A DNA stretch of 64,000 nt from assembly GCA_963749225.1 (NCBI GenBank), contig CAVVLY010000005.1, positions 95,437 to 159,436 of the forward strand. Reading direction: 5' to 3'. The notes below the pieces were generated by a model. The model searched no databases. It had not been told where the DNA came from and worked only from the letters and a program-made list of their open reading frames with translations. The stretch comes from an uncultured Nitrososphaerota archaeon (GTDB lineage: Archaea; Thermoproteota; Nitrososphaeria; Nitrososphaerales; Gagatemarchaeaceae). The translations under genes and the position numbers were made by a program. Positions 39,889-48,972 of this stretch are shown one piece after another; positions within the stretch are counted from its first letter, which is position 1, and every line of letters begins with the position of its first letter.

Positions 39889-41907
39889 CTAGGAGAGGAT
39901 CCTCGTCACGGACTTGTGCCACGTCTTGTTGAAGAACGACATGCCGTCGATGGTCACGTTGAGGGTGACACGTATGTCGAAGGCATCCTTGGTGCTCGAT
40001 AGGAGGTCCTCCCCCTCTACCACAATGGTCTGGTCCCTCCTTTTGAGAGCGATGGTCTCCCTGCCCTTCACGTGGGCTTCCCAAGGCTTGTTTGGGTCGA
40101 CCGTCGCCTCGGACTGCAAGGAGCTAGTGAGGTGAACCGCCGGGTCGCGGATGATTGTGAGGCCGGAGTTCTTCAACCGCAGTGTGACTTTTTCCGAATA
40201 GAGCTCGCGCACTATCTCATACTCGACGGGACTCGGGGAGACGTCGACGATCCTCTTGAAGGGCCGGGGCGGGTCATAGCGAGGCTGCACAGGTCCGCCC
40301 CTTCTCTTCGGGATCGATGGTAGGACCATGCCCGATGGGGTCGCGTCGCCGAGGTGCAGTGAAATGGAGGCCTTCTCGGGCGTGGGCCACATGTTGGGCC
40401 AGTCGCTACCAGAGACCGAGACCCTGATCCTGTGTCCCTTCTCAAAGACCCATGAGGTCACGTTGAGCTCGACTTCGACCTCGTACACCTTCCCCGGTTT
40501 CAGCGGCTCGGGCTTCTCGAAGGAGTTCCTCCTCGTGAGGTTCAGCGCGCCCTTTTGGACGAGGGCTGAAGTGCCATCGGGTGCGACGTCGCTAAGCCTC
40601 ACCGCGATGGAAGAGACTTGACTGGTTGATGAGACGAACAGGCGAGCCTTCGGAAAGCCGGTGACCTCCAGGTCGTTCCTAAGCGCCTCGGTGGTGTAGT
40701 TCAAGGAGAGAGCCTCGTCAGGACGCTGGTCGACCGGGAGGAAGTGCGGCGAGGTGGCACTGAAGACGCCGCTCATCAGGCCCACCTCGGGGCGGTACTC
40801 GAAGCTATCGACCGCTCTCTCTGAAGATTTCGGGGAAGCGCCCGCCGTCAGTTGCCCACCCGTCCGGAATCGGAACACCTGTCCCCTGGTCCTCGCGATC
40901 GGCCATTCCTTCTCGGCCCTCCACTCGCCGGAGGTGAACGCCCTGTTAGCCGCGGGTTTGTCGAACCTCTGCACGTAGATTGACACAGGAGGCTCATCCA
41001 TGATGCCGTTCTCGACCCCCTTGAGCCAGTGGTCCCACCAACGAAGCATCTCTTGGTGGATGTCGATCGTGGGTCCGAGCGGTCCTTGGTCGGGACGAGA
41101 GTGCGACCATGGTCCCATGAGCAGCTTCTTGGGCACACTGAGGTTCACGTACATCTTCGCCGCCGCGCCGGGGTATCCGTCTCGCCAACCGTCCACGAGG
41201 AAGACCGCGGCCTTGACCTCGTCATAATGGTACTTCACCGATGCCGGCCTCCAGTACTCCTCGTCCAGAGGGTGCGACAGCCACTGGATGACCCACGGGG
41301 TGCTCTCCTCCAGTCGCTTCCTCCATATGTTCATCCACTCCTTCCCCGAGTATTCGGGGTACGTCGGCATCGCGTTGAAGCCTATCATGAACGTCCCGTA
41401 CTGTCCGTAGTCGACCATGGGCATCACCGAACCTCCCTCGTAGCCCGAGTCGGCCGTGTACCTGTCGTCGCTGAACAGGCCGCAGACGACCGCCTTCAAT
41501 GGCTCGGGGGCCTTGAGCGCTGCCGTCATGCTCGTCTGCCCCGAGTAGGACCATCCGTACATCCCGACCTTGCCCGTACACCATTCCTGGGCTGCTATCC
41601 AGTTGATAGCGTCGACGGCGTCGCTGCTCTCCTCCAGGGAGTATTCCTCGATGCACCGTCCCTCCGAGGAGCCCGTCCCCCGCACGTCGAGCCTGATGGA
41701 GACGTAGCCGTTCTCGGCGAAGTAATAGTGAAACTCGTTGGCTCCGACGCTCATGTCGTCCTTTCTGTAGGGGTGGTACTGGATTATTGCCGGGTATTTT
41801 CCAGGCTTCTCCGGCATCAGCAGGTCCACCGACAGATGGATTCCGTCCCTCATTGGGATCCTTACGTTCTTGACCAGCTTCACGTCAAGTCGAGGCTGAC
41901 TCTTCAT
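39889..41907 (-). CDS. CocE/NonD-family hydrolase (S15 X-Pro dipeptidyl-peptidase-like)
   Basis: 'PMRDGIHLSVDLLMPE...YPAIIQYHPYRKDD', 'VRGTGSSEG', nucleophile 'MYGWSYSG'. 672 aa. Confidence 0.88.
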   Translation of the reverse strand: MKSQPRLDVKLVKNVRIPMRDGIHLSVDLLMPEKPGKYPAIIQYHPYRKDDMSVGANEFHYYFAENGYVSIRLDVRGTGSSEGRCIEEYSLEESSDAVDAINWIAAQEWCTGKVGMYGWSYSGQTSMTAALKAPEPLKAVVCGLFSDDRYTADSGYEGGSVMPMVDYGQYGTFMIGFNAMPTYPEYSGKEWMNIWRKRLEESTPWVIQWLSHPLDEEYWRPASVKYHYDEVKAAVFLVDGWRDGYPGAAAKMYVNLSVPKKLLMGPWSHSRPDQGPLGPTIDIHQEMLRWWDHWLKGVENGIMDEPPVSIYVQRFDKPAANRAFTSGEWRAEKEWPIARTRGQVFRFRTGGQLTAGASPKSSERAVDSFEYRPEVGLMSGVFSATSPHFLPVDQRPDEALSLNYTTEALRNDLEVTGFPKARLFVSSTSQVSSIAVRLSDVAPDGTSALVQKGALNLTRRNSFEKPEPLKPGKVYEVEVELNVTSWVFEKGHRIRVSVSGSDWPNMWPTPEKASISLHLGDATPSGMVLPSIPKRRGGPVQPRYDPPRPFKRIVDVSPSPVEYEIVRELYSEKVTLRLKNSGLTIIRDPAVHLTSSLQSEATVDPNKPWEAHVKGRETIALKRRDQTIVVEGEDLLSSTKDAFDIRVTLNVTIDGMSFFNKTWHKSVTRILS

Positions 41908-42017
41908 CGACGTCAGGGCGAAGGTTTTCCGAGCGTTATAAGCCGCGCCTAATCGTGTGCTGCTTCGGATCGTCCCACCGGAAAAGGATTAATCGGCAAT
42001 TTCAGCGCCAGAGAGTG

Positions 42018-43070
42018 ATGCCGCAGAAGCGACGGCCCACCGTCGTCGACCTCCACGAGGACATCTCCTATTACTATGTGAACCACCCCGACGACCTTGC
42101 CTTCAGGCGCGACGACTACGCCAAGGACCTGCCTCTTCGGGACACGGACATACCCAAGTTCAGGCGCGGCAACGTCTCGCTCGTCTTCTCAGCCATATTC
42201 TGCCTCGCCCCCACCGTGAACCTGACCTCGGGGAGGATGATGGCGAGAGGCTACGGCATGGACGATCGAGGCTACCAAGGCTCGAACTCCACCCATGGGG
42301 CATCGAGCGCCGCGCTCGACCACCTGAAGGTCTACTACGCTTTGGCCGAAGAGCATTCGAAACAGATCCACCTTGTCCGTACCACGAAGGACCTCAGCCG
42401 GGCGGAGGCGGGAAAGTCCATCGGGTTCTTGCTTTCCCTCGAAGGCGCTTACGCCCTTGAGGATGTCTACGACCTGGACCTGTTCTACAACATGGGTCTC
42501 CGAAGCCTGGGACTGGTCTGGAACTTCGACACACGGTACTGCGCTTCCTGCATGTCCAAGAAGGACTACGGGCTGACGGGGGAGGGGGAGGAACTGGTGA
42601 AGAGGTGCAACCGGCTCGGCGTCATCATCGACCTGGTCCACGCCAGCCGGAAGACGCACCTGGAAGTTGCCAAGCTCTCGAAACTGCCGCTCATGAACAC
42701 CCACTCGAACGCCAAGGCCGTCCACGACATCTCCCGGACCCTGGACGACGAGATGTACGAGGCGATCAAGAAGAACGGTGGGGTCGTCGGCTCGGTCATC
42801 GAGGCCACGATGGTGGGAGGGAAGCAGGACCTGCAGAGCCTCGTCGACCACATCATGTACGTCCATGAGAGATTCGGTCCGGATATCACGGCAATCGGGA
42901 CGGACTATTTCGGGCTCTCACGGGCGGTCACGGGGTTGGAGGACATCTCAAAGATCGGGAATCTCTTCGACGCTCTTGGTAGGCGGGGAATGAGCCACGA
43001 GGACATCGACAAGCTCGCATACAAGAATGCGATGAGGGTCATCCACGCGAACGCCAACCGGTGGAAATGA
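42018..43070 (+). CDS. M19 membrane-dipeptidase-family protein
   Basis: 'VVDLHEDISYY', 'LSLEGAYAL', 'IIDLVHAS', 'NTHSNA', 'IGTDYFG' fit the renal-dipeptidase fold ligands. The ATG at 42018 is preferred over the maximal ORF start at 41955. Confidence 0.8.
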   Translation: MPQKRRPTVVDLHEDISYYYVNHPDDLAFRRDDYAKDLPLRDTDIPKFRRGNVSLVFSAIFCLAPTVNLTSGRMMARGYGMDDRGYQGSNSTHGASSAALDHLKVYYALAEEHSKQIHLVRTTKDLSRAEAGKSIGFLLSLEGAYALEDVYDLDLFYNMGLRSLGLVWNFDTRYCASCMSKKDYGLTGEGEELVKRCNRLGVIIDLVHASRKTHLEVAKLSKLPLMNTHSNAKAVHDISRTLDDEMYEAIKKNGGVVGSVIEATMVGGKQDLQSLVDHIMYVHERFGPDITAIGTDYFGLSRAVTGLEDISKIGNLFDALGRRGMSHEDIDKLAYKNAMRVIHANANRWK

Positions 43071-44251
43071 GCGTGTCTGAAGCGAAACTGGACCTCCTGG
43101 ACCAACTGGTCAAGGGGTGCGTCAAGGCGGGGGTTTACTCCGCATGCGTGTTTGCCGTAGCCAAAGAAGGGACGCTCGTCAGGGAGAGGGCCTTCGGTAC
43201 CCTGGACCGATCGTCAGCGGCCAGGCCTACCCAGTTGGACTCGGTCTTCGACGTCATGTCGATCACGAAGACCGTGGCTACGGCGAGCTCGACAATGAGG
43301 CTCGTTGAGAAGGGCAAGCTCAGCCTTGACGCCAAGGTCGGCTCCATCTTCGAAGAGTTCTCGACGGAGGAAAGGAAATCACGAATCAGGGTCCGCGACC
43401 TGGCGACGATGTCCTCGGGACTCTCTCCGGAGGAGCCGGGAGGCAACGGCCTGATGACGGCCTCCGAGGCGACATTCAACAAGCAAACAGGTCCAGCCGC
43501 CCTGAGGAGCCGAGTGCTCTCCCAGCCGGCGAAGGCCGAGCCGGGGACCAAGCTCGTCTACAGCGACGTCGACTACAGGACCCTTGGGTTTGCGCTCGAG
43601 CAGGTCGCGGGCGTCAGGCTCGATGCGCTGGCTCGCAGGGAGGTGTTCGACCCCTGCGGCTTGGTCGACACCTGCTACACCCCAGGCGCTGCAGTGCGGC
43701 AGCGATGTCCCGAGTCAGGATACTCGAAGTGGAGAGGGAGAAAGATCATTGGGGAGACCATCGACGACTTTGACTACGCCCTCGGCGGGGTGCTCGGGCA
43801 TGCCGGCTCCTTCTCTACGGCGCTGGACCTCAGCGTGTTCATGCAGATAATGCTGAACGAAGGCAGGATTCGTACCGGCAAGACGCTCTTCCGGCCCGAG
43901 ACCGTCAAGACGATGACAAGCGACCAGGTGAATAGCATCCCACGGGTTCGGCGGCCTGCGACCATCATCCATGCCATTGGTGGGATGATGCGAGGGCTTG
44001 GCTTCGAGCTGAAGCTGGACTTCGACAACACCTACATGGGAAGCCTCTTCTCGCCTAGGAGCTTCGGGAAGTGGGGAGGAACGGGGTGCTTCATGGCTGC
44101 TGACCCTGAGACCATGCTCAGCGCGGTCCTTCTGAGCAACACCCCGATGGTGCTCTCTGCCGACGAGCCGGGCTGGGAGTCGGGCGGCTGGTTCAGGTCC
44201 CTGCGCGTTTCCGATTTCTTCGACCTAGCCAATTTGGCGACGGCCCGCTAA
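43067..44251 (+). CDS. Serine hydrolase of the class-C beta-lactamase / D-aminopeptidase / esterase family
   Basis: SxxK motif 'SITKTV' and a Tyr motif context 'YSDVDY'. The ATG at 43067 overlaps the dipeptidase stop (ATGA). Confidence 0.8.
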   Translation: MSVSEAKLDLLDQLVKGCVKAGVYSACVFAVAKEGTLVRERAFGTLDRSSAARPTQLDSVFDVMSITKTVATASSTMRLVEKGKLSLDAKVGSIFEEFSTEERKSRIRVRDLATMSSGLSPEEPGGNGLMTASEATFNKQTGPAALRSRVLSQPAKAEPGTKLVYSDVDYRTLGFALEQVAGVRLDALARREVFDPCGLVDTCYTPGAAVRQRCPESGYSKWRGRKIIGETIDDFDYALGGVLGHAGSFSTALDLSVFMQIMLNEGRIRTGKTLFRPETVKTMTSDQVNSIPRVRRPATIIHAIGGMMRGLGFELKLDFDNTYMGSLFSPRSFGKWGGTGCFMAADPETMLSAVLLSNTPMVLSADEPGWESGGWFRSLRVSDFFDLANLATAR

Positions 44252-44285
44252 TGCTACGGAAGGACCCACACATGATAGCCCCTTA

Positions 44286-44302
44286 GTCTTACAAGTAAGA
44301 TT
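44286..44302 (+). repeat. 17-nt element GTCTTACAAGTAAGATT (contains hairpin/palindrome TCTTAC-aa-GTAAGA), copy 1
   Basis: Identical 17-mer on the opposite strand at 60099-60115. Both copies are flanked by TGATAG (7 nt upstream) and GAGCACGG (10-19 nt downstream). Both lie ~60-65 nt upstream of a TATA-like box. Confidence 0.8.
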
Positions 44303-44366
44303 GTGTGCGTTTCCATGTTTTGAGCACGGGAGTTCCATCTATGCCCGTCAAGGCGAGTCTAGCAAA

Positions 44367-44374
44367 CTTATAAT
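44367..44374 (+). promoter_or_regulatory. TATA-box-like element (cttataat) for Ldh_2 paralog 1
   Basis: Centred ~28 nt upstream of the GTG at 44398. Confidence 0.5.
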
Positions 44375-44397
44375 GGCATTTTAAGGCCAGAGTCCGC

Positions 44398-45447
44398 GTG
44401 ACCGATTCACACGCAGTCAAGATGGTCGTGCTGCCCGCCACCAAGTGGAGGGCTCTCGGAATGGCGATGATGACCAAGGCTGGAGTTCCAAAACAAGACG
44501 CGAGAACGATCACTGACATTCTTGTGACCGGCAGTCTGGCTGGAATCGACTCCCACGGAGTACGTAACTTTCCGGTCTTCTCTCGAAAGTCCAAGCGCAA
44601 CATCAAGGTGATAAGGGACAGGGCTGCGACAGCGCTGCTCGACCCTGGGGAAACCCCTGGGCCCGTGTACGCCACCTACGCGATGCAAAAAGCAATCCAA
44701 AAAGCGAGGAAGTACGGCGTCGGCGTCGTCAGCGTAACCGGCGGGGATTGGGTCACCAACCTCTTCTGTTACGTTCTCATGGCTGCCCAGCACGATATGA
44801 TTGGCTACGCTTTTGTCAGGACGGGGCCGGCGGGCGCTCCGTGGGGTGGAACCAAGGCCGTCTTCGGCACCAATCCCATCGGGGTCGTGTTCCCCGTGGG
44901 CAAGGCCGACCCCATAGTCCTCGACTTTGCCACGACAATAGTCAGCCAGGGGCAGACGAGGTCGTTCTCTCTGAAGGGCCTGCCCATGCCCGCCGGGTGG
45001 TTCATCGACGACGAAGGGAACCCAATGGGCGAGCAATACGTGAAGCCCGAGGATTGGGAAAAGTTTGTCACCGACCACCCTTTGCTTCCCTTCGGCACCT
45101 ACAAGGGATACGGGATCGGCGTGACGGTGGAGCTCATGGCCGGAGCGCTCAACCTCGTCGGGACGGGGTCGAACTCCAAGGCCCCCAACGGCCTCACAGC
45201 CATCGCGATAGACGTGGGCTCGTTCGTGCCCATCAAGGAGTTCAAGAAGGAGATAGACAGGTACACGAAGGAAGTGACCTCCGTTCCTCCCAGGAAGGGG
45301 TTCGATGAGGTCCTCCTCCCCGGCGGAAGGGAGTTCAAGATCATGAAGGATAGGAAGAAAAATGGCATCCCCGTTGACGAGACCTCATGGACGAACATCC
45401 AGGACAAGTGCAGAGAGTTGGGAATCGACCTGAAGGTGTACACCTGA
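44398..45447 (+). CDS. Ldh_2-family (malate/L-lactate dehydrogenase type 2; pyrroline/piperideine-2-carboxylate reductase-like) oxidoreductase
   Basis: 'GSLAGIDSHGVRNFPVF', 'FGTNPIGVVFP', 'DFATTIVSQG', 'PFGTYKGYGIGV' are hallmarks of PF02615-type proteins. Confidence 0.85.
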   Translation: MTDSHAVKMVVLPATKWRALGMAMMTKAGVPKQDARTITDILVTGSLAGIDSHGVRNFPVFSRKSKRNIKVIRDRAATALLDPGETPGPVYATYAMQKAIQKARKYGVGVVSVTGGDWVTNLFCYVLMAAQHDMIGYAFVRTGPAGAPWGGTKAVFGTNPIGVVFPVGKADPIVLDFATTIVSQGQTRSFSLKGLPMPAGWFIDDEGNPMGEQYVKPEDWEKFVTDHPLLPFGTYKGYGIGVTVELMAGALNLVGTGSNSKAPNGLTAIAIDVGSFVPIKEFKKEIDRYTKEVTSVPPRKGFDEVLLPGGREFKIMKDRKKNGIPVDETSWTNIQDKCRELGIDLKVYT

Positions 45448-45501
45448 GAGAGTCTCCAGTTTCTCCCGTGGGCTATTCGTCGAAAAACCCCGCACCATGA
45501 G

Positions 45502-45508
45502 TTTATAG
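45502..45508 (+). promoter_or_regulatory. TATA-box-like element (tttatag) for Ldh_2 paralog 2
   Basis: ~30 nt upstream of the ATG at 45535. Confidence 0.45.
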
Positions 45509-45534
45509 TAGCCGCCTCCCGCCACCGGGACCCG

Positions 45535-46584
45535 ATGAAGAGTTCCCATGACGCGAAGATGGTCGTGCTTTCGGAAGCGAAGTGGCGGAGGCTCGGGATG
45601 GCGATGCTCACCAAGGGCGGTGTGCCCGAGAGAGACGCCAAGATCATCACAAACACGCTCGTGACGGGAAGTCTCGCAGGCATCGATTCACATGGGGTCA
45701 GGAACTTCCCCGCTTTCGCCAAGCCGTCGAAGCGTTCCATCAAGGTCCTGCGGGACAGGGGCGCGACGGTCCTGCTCGACCCGGGTCAGACCCCTGGGCC
45801 CGTCTATGCGACCATCGCAACCCGCATGGCGATAGAGAAGGCCAAGAAGTTCGGTATCGGGTGTTGTAGCGCGATAGGCGGGAGGTGGGTCACGAACCTC
45901 TTCGGCTACATGTGGCAGGCCACCAAGGCGGATACCATCGGCCTCGCGTTCGTCAGGACACCCTCTGCCGGGACGGCGTGGGGCGGGATCAAGCCCGTCT
46001 TCGGCACCAACCCACTCGGCGTCGGCTTTCCAGCAGGGAAGGAGAATCCGGTCATCCTCGACTTTGCAACCACGATAGTGAGCCACGGGCAGACGCTGTC
46101 TAGGGCCCTCAAGGGTCAACCCCAGCTCGCCGGATGGTTCGTCGACAAGAACGGGCGCGCCGTTCCCGAGACGCTGGTAACGCCCGACAAGTGGGAGAAG
46201 TGGGTGACGGCCCGCGGCCTCGTACCCTTCGGCACCTACAAGGGTTGGGGGCTGGCGGTCACGACCGAGCTGATGGGTGGCGCCTTGAACATGGTCGGGA
46301 CCGGGTCGAGGTCTAACGCTGAGAACGGCTTCACCGTGGTGGCCATAGACGTTGCAGCGTTCTCTCCGCTGGCGGACTACAAGAGGGAGGTCGATGCCTA
46401 CGTAAAGCAGGTGAAATCATCGGGCGTACGGCCCGGGTTCGACGAGGTCCTGATGCCTGGCGAGCGGGAGTTCAAGATAATGAAGCAGAGGAAGCGAGAA
46501 GGCATCCCCGTGACCCAGACCTCGTGGAAGGAGATCGCAGACAAGTGCAAGGCCCTGGGCATCGACCCCAAGGCCTACAGCTAG
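45535..46584 (+). CDS. Ldh_2-family oxidoreductase, tandem paralog
   Basis: 349 aa, collinear with 44398..45447 ('GSLAGIDSHGVRNFPAF','FGTNPLGVGFP','PFGTYKGWGLAV'). Confidence 0.85.
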   Translation: MKSSHDAKMVVLSEAKWRRLGMAMLTKGGVPERDAKIITNTLVTGSLAGIDSHGVRNFPAFAKPSKRSIKVLRDRGATVLLDPGQTPGPVYATIATRMAIEKAKKFGIGCCSAIGGRWVTNLFGYMWQATKADTIGLAFVRTPSAGTAWGGIKPVFGTNPLGVGFPAGKENPVILDFATTIVSHGQTLSRALKGQPQLAGWFVDKNGRAVPETLVTPDKWEKWVTARGLVPFGTYKGWGLAVTTELMGGALNMVGTGSRSNAENGFTVVAIDVAAFSPLADYKREVDAYVKQVKSSGVRPGFDEVLMPGEREFKIMKQRKREGIPVTQTSWKEIADKCKALGIDPKAYS

Positions 46585-46598
46585 TCGGTCCCGGACGC

Positions 46599-47618
46599 CT
46601 ACTTCTTGCGTCTTCCCTTGCCCTTTTGGTTCTCGTAAGCCCCGGGATTGAGCACGAAGATTGACCTCTTTCCCTTTAGCGTCTCGGCCACTATCAGCGC
46701 CGCATCGCGCCGCCTCCGGTCGTTGGACTCCAGCGTGAACCCCGCCACGTGGGGCGTGAGGATGACGTTGTCGAGACCATAGATCGGGTCGTCGGAGGGC
46801 AGAGGCTCGTCCTCGAACACGTCGATGCCCGCTCCGGCAATCTTCTTCGATTTCAGGGCTCGATAGAGCGCCTTCTGGTCCATGGTCTTCCCCCTCCCTG
46901 TGATGACAAAGTAGGCCGTAGGCCTCATGGCAGCGATCTCCTTCGCGCCGATGAGGTGGGTCGTCTCCTTGTTGTGCGGGACGTGGACAGAGACGAAATC
47001 CGACCTGCGCATGAGCTCGATGAGCGAGTCGACCCTCTCCACGTTCGAGAGCTCAAAGTCCCACCTCGGCACGTATGGGTCGTAGGCTATCACGTTGAAG
47101 CCGCACCCCTGGACGCGCTTCGCGACCCTGCGCGCGATCCTGCCGAAGGCGACCAGCCCGACCGTCTGTGTCGAGGGGGAGTGTAGCATGAAAATCTTGT
47201 GGGTCGCGTGCCCCCACGTCCCTTGCCTCAACTCGCGGTCCAGCGGAAAGAGCTGCCTCTCCAGAGCGAGTATCAGCGCCGTCGCGTGCTCCGCCACCTC
47301 GTTGGAGCCGTAGTCCGGGACGTTGGCGACAGGGAGACCCCTCTCCGTCGCAGCGTCGACGTCGACGTTGTCGTACCCGACCGACGCGCACACGATTATC
47401 CTGAGCTTCGGCATCGCGTCCATCATCTTCCCGGTAATCCTCAATCCCGAGTTGTGGAGCAGGGCGTCCGCGTCCCTGGCGAAATCCGTCAGCTCCCTCG
47501 GAGTCTTCGGGTCTTCCTTCATGGTGCGGAGCTCCGCGATGCCCTTCAGTGCGTTCCTCTCGATGCTGTAGTCCTCGATGAACGTCTCACTGGATGCCAC
47601 AATTAGTCCTTTTGCCAA
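46599..47618 (-). CDS. D-isomer-specific 2-hydroxyacid dehydrogenase (glyoxylate/hydroxypyruvate reductase / PGDH-like)
   Basis: 'VGLVAFGRIARRVAKRVQGCGFNVIAYDP' NAD-binding motif, 'FVSVHVPHN', 'ILTPHVAG'. Confidence 0.85.
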   Translation of the reverse strand: MAKGLIVASSETFIEDYSIERNALKGIAELRTMKEDPKTPRELTDFARDADALLHNSGLRITGKMMDAMPKLRIIVCASVGYDNVDVDAATERGLPVANVPDYGSNEVAEHATALILALERQLFPLDRELRQGTWGHATHKIFMLHSPSTQTVGLVAFGRIARRVAKRVQGCGFNVIAYDPYVPRWDFELSNVERVDSLIELMRRSDFVSVHVPHNKETTHLIGAKEIAAMRPTAYFVITGRGKTMDQKALYRALKSKKIAGAGIDVFEDEPLPSDDPIYGLDNVILTPHVAGFTLESNDRRRRDAALIVAETLKGKRSIFVLNPGAYENQKGKGRRKK

Positions 47619-47706
47619 GGTGATTTGCGACCCAACCGCTGTCTGGGTCGATATTTATCCCAAGCGCGGTCCAAGCTTATCTGCCTCAGGGGCAGCCCCG
47701 GTCCTG

Positions 47707-48882
47707 ATGGCGGCGGCAGCGACCCGGGGCGGCAAGAACAACCTGCGCGCTCTGGTGACCATTCTGTGCACCTATGGGGTGATCACCATATCACAGGTCA
47801 ACATCGCATCGATCTACCTCCCTGTCTCGATCACGTTCAACGAGCAGATCGTCGGCCTCGGCGTATTGACTTCGGCCTTCTTCATAGGATACGGCATCGT
47901 CGAGATAGCCGGAGGGGTTGCGGGTGCCAGGTTCGGCGCGAAGACGGTCGCGAACCTAGGCCTTCTCATCACAATACTCTCGTTGGTCGCATGCGCCTTC
48001 GCGCCCTCCTTCGGGGCGCTCATCGCTCTGAGGTTCGCCGTCGGCATAGGCTTCGGTCTGTTCTTCCCCTCCGGCCTCGTGCTCGCGATACGCCAGATGG
48101 CCGAGGCTTCCTCGGGTCTGGCCGCCGGTTCGACGACCGCCGCATTCTCCATCGGCGGGGCCGCCGGCGTGTTCGGCTGGTCCGTGCTGAGCGCGGTCTA
48201 CGGTTGGAGGGCCAGCCTCCTCATCCAGGCCGCGATACTCTTCGCGACGGCCATGGCCTTCGTGCTCTGGGTACCGAGCGACAGGTCTTCTTCAGCCCCT
48301 AACCTCAGTTCCTCCGCCTTCAGGACGGCTCTCACCAACCGGAAGCTTCTCGCAGTCTCCGTCCTCCTCTTCGGGAGCGGTGCGACGAGCATCCTCTCGG
48401 GCAATTTCCTCGTCTATTATCTGGAGAAATCGTTCGACGTCCAGCCCGGATACGCCGGGTTCATCGCCGCGCTCAGCTACGCGGTCGTCCTGGTCACGGC
48501 TCTCGTCGGCGGAAGGGTCTTCGACAGGGGCTCTGACCCGAAGCTCATCGTCCTCATCAGCATCCTCGTCCTCGCGTCCGGCACCGCGATAATCGCGGTC
48601 CACTCGGTCCTGCTCGCGTTGGTGGGCTCACTCCTCTGCGGTCTGGCAATTGGACCCATAAGCGTCGTCGCAATCGTGACCGCGAGGAGGAGCGCCGCCT
48701 CCCAAGAACTCGAGCCTCTCGTGATAGGGGTCGCGGACCAGTTCTCTCTCGCGGGGGTCTTCGCAGGCGCTCTCGTCTTCCCGTTCCTCGTTGTCGGTCT
48801 GGGTTATCCTCCTGCTTGGCTCATAGGCGCGTCCATCACTCTCGTGCTTGCCGTCCCCTATATGCTACTGAAGGAAATCTAG
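47707..48882 (+). CDS. MFS transporter, paralog 1 of 3
   Basis: 12-TM-like hydrophobic profile. Shares 'IASIYLPVSITFNEQIVGLGVLTSAFF' with the next two genes. The ATG at 47707 is preferred, because the maximal ORF start (47578) overlaps the divergent gene. Confidence 0.8.
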   Translation: MAAAATRGGKNNLRALVTILCTYGVITISQVNIASIYLPVSITFNEQIVGLGVLTSAFFIGYGIVEIAGGVAGARFGAKTVANLGLLITILSLVACAFAPSFGALIALRFAVGIGFGLFFPSGLVLAIRQMAEASSGLAAGSTTAAFSIGGAAGVFGWSVLSAVYGWRASLLIQAAILFATAMAFVLWVPSDRSSSAPNLSSSAFRTALTNRKLLAVSVLLFGSGATSILSGNFLVYYLEKSFDVQPGYAGFIAALSYAVVLVTALVGGRVFDRGSDPKLIVLISILVLASGTAIIAVHSVLLALVGSLLCGLAIGPISVVAIVTARRSAASQELEPLVIGVADQFSLAGVFAGALVFPFLVVGLGYPPAWLIGASITLVLAVPYMLLKEI

Positions 48883-48972
48883 CGCGCCGCGCGGGGTGCG
48901 GCCCCAGGTTTGTTTATGTGGTCCATCCAAGAGTACAGATGGACGCGGTGAAGCTTTCTGTCACTACCTAGC

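Noticed and set aside
44289-45743. Minus-strand ORFs 44289..44675, 44407..45078 and 45099..45743
   Set aside because: They are antisense to the two Ldh_2 paralogs. Their mutual similarity simply mirrors the duplication of the sense genes.
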